41,770 nt of DNA from Clostridia bacterium (GTDB lineage: Bacteria > Bacillota > Clostridia > Christensenellales > QALW01), in assembly GCA_045536015.1 (NCBI GenBank), contig JAZSMS010000111.1, positions 1 through 41,770 on the forward strand, read 5' to 3'. The notes under the pieces were generated by a model that saw only the letters and a program-made list of their open reading frames with translations, ran no database searches and was not told the origin of the DNA. The position numbers and the translations under genes are program-made. Shown here in pieces: positions 35,954 to 41,770 of the stretch (its first letter is position 1; each line of letters opens with the position of its first letter).

Positions 35954-37096
35954 ATGAAAAAGTTGTTTTCGGTAATAATTTGCCTGACGCTTATAATTGC
36001 TCTTGTTGCATGTTCAAAGCCGCAAGAGCCCATAATACAGCCTATCGAAACACCTACCCCAACGGCTACGACAACCCCTGAAAGCACCCCAGAGCCTACA
36101 CCGGAGGTAACGCCCGAGGTAACGTTAGAGCCTACACCTGCGCAAAATGCAGGTCCCGTTGATTTAAGCAAGTTTACGTTAGCGTTCGTTGCGGGCGAGA
36201 CTGTAAATGTTCGTGCGCAGGCAACTACTGAAAGTCAAAGAATAACAAGCCTTGCAAGAAACACGCAGATAAAGGTTTATAAGGTAAGCGGTGAATGGGC
36301 ATATATTGGCTACGGTGACGATAAACAGGGTTATATGTTTAATGATTACGTTTCTGAAAAGCCTGTTGCAACGCCCGAGCCTACACCTGAGCCTACACCG
36401 GATCCTAATTTTGAATATAAGTATAATTCCAATGTTGATATAAACGATAACGTATTTTTAGATGCACTTGAATATACGGGCTACAACCTAAAGAAACACC
36501 GCGCTGACGGAAATATGTGGGTGTTTATTTATGGTAAAGATAAGGCGGGGCTTGGCTATTTGTCGGGTCTTGGTTACGATTACGGAGCTTCTACGGGGTA
36601 CGAAACCAATTCACAGGGGCTTCCTGACATAGCACGTTTTAAGAAAAAGGGCGGACTTGTTTGCGCTTCGTATTTAACGTACGTTTACTTTAATTATCTT
36701 CCAAACGTTGCAGGAATAGATACCTCGCATCTTGCTCGCCCGGAATATCCTTGTTCAGCACAGTCGTGGCGCGAGGCGGCTAACAAGTGGGTAAAGCAGG
36801 GGCTTTCACGCAAAATTTCGTTTACGGCAAAGCGCTATTCAAGCGGCGTTGTTAGCTTTTCGCCTGCCGAAACAATTCCCGTTGGCTCGGTAGTTGTGTT
36901 TAAGGTGGCGGGAGCGTCGGATAATTCCGCGGCAAGACACGTAACGCTCTATGCAGGTCATGCGGGTGGCTATCATTGGCTTACGCACGTTGGTAACGAT
37001 AGAGGTCCCGAAATGATAACTATTGAAAATATGGGCTTTGGAAGTACACCCGAAATTCCGGTTGAAGTAATCACTCCTCCGATATATTTTGAGTAA
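35954..37096 (+). CDS. Lipoprotein with SH3b domain and a C-terminal putative papain-like (NlpC/P60-type) cell-wall hydrolase domain
   Basis: Lipobox 'IIALVAC', two Pro/Thr/Glu linkers and SH3b 'VNVRAQATTESQRITSLARNTQIKVYKVSGEWAYIGY'. The C-terminal domain has candidate catalytic Cys ('GGLVCASYLTYVY') and His ('HVTLYAGH') residues. The catalytic assignment is inference. Confidence 0.6.
   Translation: MKKLFSVIICLTLIIALVACSKPQEPIIQPIETPTPTATTTPESTPEPTPEVTPEVTLEPTPAQNAGPVDLSKFTLAFVAGETVNVRAQATTESQRITSLARNTQIKVYKVSGEWAYIGYGDDKQGYMFNDYVSEKPVATPEPTPEPTPDPNFEYKYNSNVDINDNVFLDALEYTGYNLKKHRADGNMWVFIYGKDKAGLGYLSGLGYDYGASTGYETNSQGLPDIARFKKKGGLVCASYLTYVYFNYLPNVAGIDTSHLARPEYPCSAQSWREAANKWVKQGLSRKISFTAKRYSSGVVSFSPAETIPVGSVVVFKVAGASDNSAARHVTLYAGHAGGYHWLTHVGNDRGPEMITIENMGFGSTPEIPVEVITPPIYFE
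36377..36399 (+). repeat. Short tandem coding repeat (GAGCCTACACC, period 12) encoding an EPTP linker
   Basis: The 11-mer GAGCCTACACC occurs at 36377 and 36389 in tandem, and again at 36092 and 36128 in the first linker of the same gene. Confidence 0.8.
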
Positions 37097-37097
37097 A

Positions 37098-37137
37098 ATA
37101 AAAAGCAATTCTTTTTCAAGAATTGCTTTTTTGTTTT
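37098..37137. terminator. Bidirectional terminator between convergent genes
   Basis: 12-bp stem aaagcaattctt/aagaattgcttt with a 4-nt loop, A-rich upstream and T-rich downstream. Confidence 0.88.
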
Positions 37138-37140
37138 TTA

Positions 37141-37776
37141 TTAAATACTGCTTGGCAGGCGTGTTGACATGCTTCCGAGGTGCTCGTCATAACTGCGCAA
37201 AACTTTTGTCCAAACGCCGTTTTCGTAATTGACGATTGTTATCGAAGAATTAGAAACCCAATTAAAATCGTACGTATGCTCAATTCCTCCTGCAAAAAAT
37301 GCTTCCATTGCTCTAATCGGTGTAGCATGCGCGGCAATACAGATGGTTTTGCCGTCGTTTTCTTTTGCAAGGTGGGCAAGGCAGGCAGAAACACGCTCAA
37401 ATAAATGTGTAAACGCTTCGCCCTCGGGGGGAGTGCAATTTATTAGGTCGGTCTTCCAAAGCTCGTATTCTTCGGGAAAGTCGATGCCTATCTGATCGAA
37501 AATACAGCTTTCCCACAGTCCGCCGCACAATTCGCGCAGGGCTTTTTCTTTGAAAATAGGGCAGTTTTGCCTTTTTGCAATAATTTCGCCCGTTTTAAAA
37601 GCGCGCTGAAGGTCCGAGGCGTAAACTGCGTCGATTTTATATTTGTCAAGTTCTTCTGCCGTTGCGGTTGCCTGCAAAATGCCCTTTTGTGTAAGCGGAA
37701 AGTTTCCGCTACCGCCAAAAAGTCCCATTTCGTTTGCAAGGCTTTGACCGTGACGAACGATAATAAATTGTGTCAT
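37141..37776 (-). CDS. Histidine phosphatase family protein (phosphoglycerate mutase / alpha-ribazole phosphatase-like)
   Basis: 'FIIVRHGQSLANE' RHG motif and a later 'AAHATPIRA' His motif. Start set at the second ATG (MTQF), which has GGAGA 6 nt upstream. Confidence 0.8.
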   Translation of the reverse strand: MTQFIIVRHGQSLANEMGLFGGSGNFPLTQKGILQATATAEELDKYKIDAVYASDLQRAFKTGEIIAKRQNCPIFKEKALRELCGGLWESCIFDQIGIDFPEEYELWKTDLINCTPPEGEAFTHLFERVSACLAHLAKENDGKTICIAAHATPIRAMEAFFAGGIEHTYDFNWVSNSSITIVNYENGVWTKVLRSYDEHLGSMSTRLPSSI

Positions 37777-37903
37777 AGCTTTCTCCAAAGGTAAAATTTT
37801 GTATAAAAATTATAACATATAAAAAGTTTTTTGAAAAGTATCTTTATTTAATTTAAAAAATGTTGTATAATAAATTGATAAACTTTGTTTTATGGAGATT
37901 TTT

Positions 37904-38446
37904 ATGGAAAATTTAAAGAATATTGCCGCGCAGGCAACGGAAGAAATTCTTGCGCAGGCTAATTTGAGAAAGGGCGAAATTTTTGTCGTAGGTTGCTCGT
38001 CAAGCGAAATAACGGGCGGTGTTATCGGCAAAAATTCAAATCTTGATGCCGCTAAAGAGGTCTTTGACGGAATTTATTCTGTTTTAAACAAAAACGGAAT
38101 TTATCTTGCGGCACAGTGCTGTGAGCATTTAAACCGCGCAATTATTATCGAGCGCGAAGCGGCAGAAAAATTCGGACTTGAAATTGTTTCGGTAGTTCCT
38201 CAGCCTAAAGCGGGCGGAAGCTTTGCAACAAGCGCGTATGCGGCTTTTTCTGATCCTGTTGCGGTAGAAAGCATAAAGGCAAGTGCAGGACTTGATATTG
38301 GCGGAACGCTTATAGGTATGCACTTAAAGGCAGTTGCGGTTCCTGTAAGAATTTCGATAAATAAAATAGGCAATGCAAATATTTTGTGCGCACGCACGCG
38401 TCCTAAATATATAGGCGGCGAGCGCGCAAGGTACAGTTGGGAGTGA
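37904..38446 (+). CDS. UPF0340 / TIGR01440-family protein (YwlG-like)
   Basis: 'GEIFVVGCSSSEI', 'AAQCCEHLNRA', 'PQPKAGGS' and 'GMHLK' blocks as recalled for B. subtilis YwlG. Second ATG chosen because GGAG lies 6 nt upstream. Confidence 0.7.
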   Translation: MENLKNIAAQATEEILAQANLRKGEIFVVGCSSSEITGGVIGKNSNLDAAKEVFDGIYSVLNKNGIYLAAQCCEHLNRAIIIEREAAEKFGLEIVSVVPQPKAGGSFATSAYAAFSDPVAVESIKASAGLDIGGTLIGMHLKAVAVPVRISINKIGNANILCARTRPKYIGGERARYSWE

Positions 38447-38450
38447 TTTT

Positions 38451-40373
38451 ATGGCTGCAGGTGCAGGCCCGGGCGGTTTTATGCCGCCAAAGCACGCGAT
38501 AGCAGAAAAAAATAAAGAGCCGCTTCCTAAAAATATCAAGGAAGTTCCCGGATATATTGCCCGGGTTGTAAAGTCTTTTTTTAAACGGTTGTTCTACATT
38601 TTTGAGCTTGTTTGGGAAACGGGACCGTGGATATTGATTTCGATGGTGTTTATTGCAATTTTAAACGGCGTTTTGCCACTTGTGGGAACGTACGTAAACG
38701 CGCAGATAATTAACGAGCTTGTTGCGTCTTCGGATGGAGAAATCTGGGGCGGAATTTTTACGGTTGGCTTTATTACTCTGTTTACGATGTTGTTTGTATA
38801 TATGTTTTTAAACAGAATAACGGGCGACGTTAACAGAATACTCACTTCGCTTTCGGGCGAGCTTGTAACAAATCATATCCGCAGAAAAATAATGAGAAAG
38901 GCAAAGGAAATAGACATTGCCTGCTTTGACATGCCCGATTTTTACGAGCAGCTGGAAAACGCAAACCGCGAGGCAGGTATGCGCCCCGTACAGATATTAA
39001 ACGCCACGCTTAACGTAATAAGTACGGTTATAAGCATAGTCAGCTACGTTGTTGTGATAGCGGCAATAGGCGGTTGGGCGGCGCTTTTGATAGCGGTGCT
39101 TGCGCTTCCTGCGGCGATTATAAACTTTGTCTATCGCAGAAAAACCGTAAATTATATGCGCATACGAAGCATTGCCCGTCGCAAGATGAATTATTTTTCA
39201 ACTATGATGGTTGAAAAGGATAATGTTAAAGAAATAAGACTTCTCGATTTGGGCGACGACTTTGAAAAGCGCTACGATAACGTTTTTAAAGGTTATTTTT
39301 CGGGACTAAAGCGAATAATTTTATCGGAGGGCTATTGGAATATTGCCGTAGGCTTTTTGCGCCTTGCTGCGATGTGTGCTCTGTTTTTGTTTGTTGCTCG
39401 GCTTGTTTTGCAGGGTAAAATTTTAATAGGCGATTACACGCTTTATACCTCGGCACTAACGGCAATCTCGACGGGTGTGGGCACGTTTGTTTCGGGCACC
39501 GCTACCATATATGAGGGCACGCTTTTTATTGATAATCTTATTTCGTTTATGAAAAAAGAGCCTACCGTCAGCGCAAAAAAAGAAAATCCCGCAAAGATTA
39601 AAAGGGGAATAGCACATAAAATAGAACTTAAAAACGTGACCTTCCGTTATCCGGGAAGCCAGCGAAATATTTTAAAGAATATTAACCTTACCATTGAGGC
39701 AGGTAAAACTACAGTACTTGCGGGTTTAAACGGCGCAGGAAAAACCACGCTGATTAAGCTTATTACGCGTCTTTACGACCCAACCGAAGGCGAAATTTTA
39801 CTTGATGATATAAATATAAAAGAATACGATACAAAGGATTTGTATTCGCTTTACGGCATAGTTTTTCAGGATTTTGGCAGATATGCGGTAACGGCTAAAG
39901 AAAATATTATGTTTGGCAACGTTACAAAGGACGAAAACGAAGAAGAAATTATTGCCGCCGCAAAGCAGAGTGATGCGTTTGAATTTTTAAACAAGCTTCC
40001 AAAAGGGATTGAAACTCCGCTTATGAAATTTTTTGAAGAAGACGGTGTTGAATTATCTACGGGGCAGTGGCAAAAGCTTGCTGTTGCAAGAGCGTTCTAC
40101 GGAGATAATGATATTTTAATCTTAGATGAGCCTACCGCCTCACTTGATGCTATTGCCGAGCAAGAAATTTTTGACCAATTTGATTCGCTTAGAAAGGGTA
40201 AGACGACCGTTTTTGTTTCGCATAGACTATCTTCGGCAGTCGGTGCTGATAAAATAGTTGTTATAGAAAACGGTGAAATTATCGAGCAAGGCAATCATTC
40301 TGAGCTTATGCAGAGAAACGGCGAATATTGCAGAATGTTTTCAACTCAAGCAAAGAGATATAAAGAAAATTAA
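38451..40373 (+). CDS. ABC exporter, fused permease/ATP-binding protein (type I exporter half-transporter)
   Basis: Six predicted TM segments in the N-terminal ~330 aa. The NBD has Walker A 'GLNGAGKTT', signature 'LSTGQWQK' and Walker B 'ILILDEPT'. It lies 4 nt after the preceding gene. Confidence 0.88.
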   Translation: MAAGAGPGGFMPPKHAIAEKNKEPLPKNIKEVPGYIARVVKSFFKRLFYIFELVWETGPWILISMVFIAILNGVLPLVGTYVNAQIINELVASSDGEIWGGIFTVGFITLFTMLFVYMFLNRITGDVNRILTSLSGELVTNHIRRKIMRKAKEIDIACFDMPDFYEQLENANREAGMRPVQILNATLNVISTVISIVSYVVVIAAIGGWAALLIAVLALPAAIINFVYRRKTVNYMRIRSIARRKMNYFSTMMVEKDNVKEIRLLDLGDDFEKRYDNVFKGYFSGLKRIILSEGYWNIAVGFLRLAAMCALFLFVARLVLQGKILIGDYTLYTSALTAISTGVGTFVSGTATIYEGTLFIDNLISFMKKEPTVSAKKENPAKIKRGIAHKIELKNVTFRYPGSQRNILKNINLTIEAGKTTVLAGLNGAGKTTLIKLITRLYDPTEGEILLDDINIKEYDTKDLYSLYGIVFQDFGRYAVTAKENIMFGNVTKDENEEEIIAAAKQSDAFEFLNKLPKGIETPLMKFFEEDGVELSTGQWQKLAVARAFYGDNDILILDEPTASLDAIAEQEIFDQFDSLRKGKTTVFVSHRLSSAVGADKIVVIENGEIIEQGNHSELMQRNGEYCRMFSTQAKRYKEN

Positions 40374-40402
40374 AAGAATATTTACAAAAAATATAAAGAT
40401 GG

Positions 40403-40431
40403 TTGACAAACATAAATGCAAGTGATATACT
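40403..40431 (+). promoter_or_regulatory. Sigma-A-type promoter for the surface-protein/sortase operon
   Basis: TTGACA, 17-nt spacer, TGaTATACT (extended -10). Confidence 0.6.
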
Positions 40432-40485
40432 TAACTATAAGTATTTATACTTAGAAAGCAATATATTTTTGGAGTGTGTAGAAAA

Positions 40486-41046
40486 ATGAAAAAATTTGTA
40501 GTTGTTTTATCAATAATTGCGATTTTTGTTTGCGGTGCACTTGGCGCAAACGCAGCAACAAAACAAGAACTCATTGACTACCTTGGAACTATTCCCAGTG
40601 CAATCGAAAATAAGGAAACCTTCTACAACGGTGCGGTTCAGCTTATAAAAGATTCTGACTTTACCGAGGCACAGATGGATCAGCTTTTAGCACTTTTAAA
40701 AGAAGCTAAAGCAGCAGTTCCCGAAAACAAGGGCGCTGCGGCAGCGAACTACACCAAAGAGCAGAGAAACAAGATTTTAGAGCTTGTTGACAAGGCTTGC
40801 AAGGTTGTTAATTACTCCTATGAAGTAACTCATCTTAAGACCGCTGACGGTGCAACCGACTGGGCTCTTACCTTTAAAGACGAAAACGGCAAAACAGCAT
40901 TTGTTTATACCGATGGCGTTGTTAAGGCAACGGGCGTGCTTGATCAGGCAAGTAATGCATCTTACCTTTGGCTTGCAGCAGGTGTTGCTTTAATTTTAGC
41001 AGCAGGTGCAGTTGTTATCGTTCGCAAAAAAGCAAGTGAAAACTAA
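40486..41046 (+). CDS. Secreted small protein with a C-terminal cell-wall-sorting-like signal (putative sortase substrate)
   Basis: Signal peptide 'MKKFVVVLSIIAIFVCGALGANA'. The C-terminus has 'VKATG', a 12-aa spacer, the hydrophobic stretch 'WLAAGVALILAAGAVVIV' and then 'RKK'. ATG chosen over the tracked GTG at 40474. Confidence 0.65.
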   Translation: MKKFVVVLSIIAIFVCGALGANAATKQELIDYLGTIPSAIENKETFYNGAVQLIKDSDFTEAQMDQLLALLKEAKAAVPENKGAAAANYTKEQRNKILELVDKACKVVNYSYEVTHLKTADGATDWALTFKDENGKTAFVYTDGVVKATGVLDQASNASYLWLAAGVALILAAGAVVIVRKKASEN

Positions 41047-41737
41047 TATTTTAAAAAACAAAGATTGCGGCGCCGCCAAGCAATTCATATTGCTCGGTGC
41101 GCCTTTTCTTTTATATTTTGTTGCTGTAATTTGTATAAGCATTTTTTTGTTTAATACCTTTGTAACCACTTCGCCGTTATGGAATGCACTTATAGCGGAC
41201 AAACAAAGCACTTCTGCCGACAGTGTTGACGATCAAATGGACTACGTTAATCCTTCGGTAGTTTTTGATGCCGAAAAAAAGTATTTTTCGCTTGACGAAT
41301 TTCCTAAAATACGCTGGGGCAAAAAATGGGCAACGCTTACCGTTGAGTATCTTGGCGCAAACGAAATTCCCGTATATAACGGCGATACTGACGACGTGCT
41401 TAATGCCGGCATAGGAAGATACTTTAATTCCCGCTTTCCCGGCTGCGGCGGAAACTGCGTGCTTTCGTTTCACGTTAATAGGCAAAAGGAACTCTACTTT
41501 TTAGAGGACCTTCCCGTAGGCGAAACAGTGGTACTTAACACCGTTTACGGTAAATATGTTTATAAGGTTGAGTCAAAGGATATCTATTCGGTAAAGGAGA
41601 GCTCGTATATTACTCGAAACGAGGGCGAAATGCTTACAATTTATACTTGCTATCCTAAACAAGGACCGTACAGAAAATACAGAATTGCGCTTACCTGCCG
41701 TATGGTTGAAGAATTAAGCGATCCTACGTGGAGGTGA
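41006..41737 (+). CDS. Sortase-family transpeptidase
   Basis: N-terminal TM anchor, a His region 'CVLSFHVNR', a catalytic Cys in 'EMLTIYTCYP' (TLxTC-like) and a downstream Arg 'YRIALTCR'. The start is uncertain: GTG at 41006 lacks an SD and overlaps the upstream gene by 41 nt, and TTG near 41090 is an alternative. Confidence 0.75.
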   Translation: MQLLSFAKKQVKTNILKNKDCGAAKQFILLGAPFLLYFVAVICISIFLFNTFVTTSPLWNALIADKQSTSADSVDDQMDYVNPSVVFDAEKKYFSLDEFPKIRWGKKWATLTVEYLGANEIPVYNGDTDDVLNAGIGRYFNSRFPGCGGNCVLSFHVNRQKELYFLEDLPVGETVVLNTVYGKYVYKVESKDIYSVKESSYITRNEGEMLTIYTCYPKQGPYRKYRIALTCRMVEELSDPTWR

Positions 41738-41770
41738 AGGTAATTGAAACGTTCTAAAGCAAGAAAAGTA

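Noticed and set aside
41744-41770. Probable start of another gene (TTG AAA CGT TCT AAA GCA AGA AAA GTA, encoding MKRSKARKV) after GGAGGTGAAGG
   Set aside because: Only 9 codons lie inside the window, which is too short to call as a feature. It is mentioned under the sortase finding.
1-41770. Search for CRISPR arrays, IS/transposase or integrase genes, tRNA/rRNA genes, toxin-antitoxin pairs or defence-system genes
   Set aside because: I found none by eye. Every ORF of at least 100 aa that is not a shadow frame is accounted for by housekeeping, sporulation, transport or envelope functions.

Overview
This 41.8-kb window is a low-GC chromosomal core segment from a spore-forming Firmicute, probably class Clostridia. 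The evidence for that is spoVAC, spoIID, a PolC-type replicase and RNase Y. I saw no tRNA or rRNA genes, CRISPR arrays, IS elements, integrases or prophage genes. The centre is a conserved information-processing block: polC, then rimP-nusA-ylxR-ylxQ-infB-rbfA-nrnA-truB-ribF, then rny, an ABC-F ATPase, rsmA and an M18 aminopeptidase. The flanks carry sporulation genes, gap, a lipid-related cluster (PlsC-like acyltransferase, HAD hydrolase, DegV), several transporters, two SH3b lipoproteins, argS, an ABC exporter and a sortase with an adjacent putative substrate. Most genes have clear Shine-Dalgarno sites, near-consensus sigma-A promoters and hairpin-plus-T-tract terminators. Five items deserve a second look. 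(1) All DEDDh proofreading residues of PolC appear substituted, while its PHP metal-ligand motifs look complete. (2) Two transporter modules each pair with a PII-like (GlnB-fold) small protein: one with a CPA2 antiporter co-transcribed with argS, the other a DUF1538-like membrane protein with a tandem-PII protein. (3) A lysine riboswitch controls an NhaC-family transporter. (4) A promoter-proximal terminator sits in the rimP-nusA leader. (5) The sortase substrate carries a non-canonical VKATG sorting motif. All family assignments come from reading motifs by eye and from recalled family knowledge. No database search was run.
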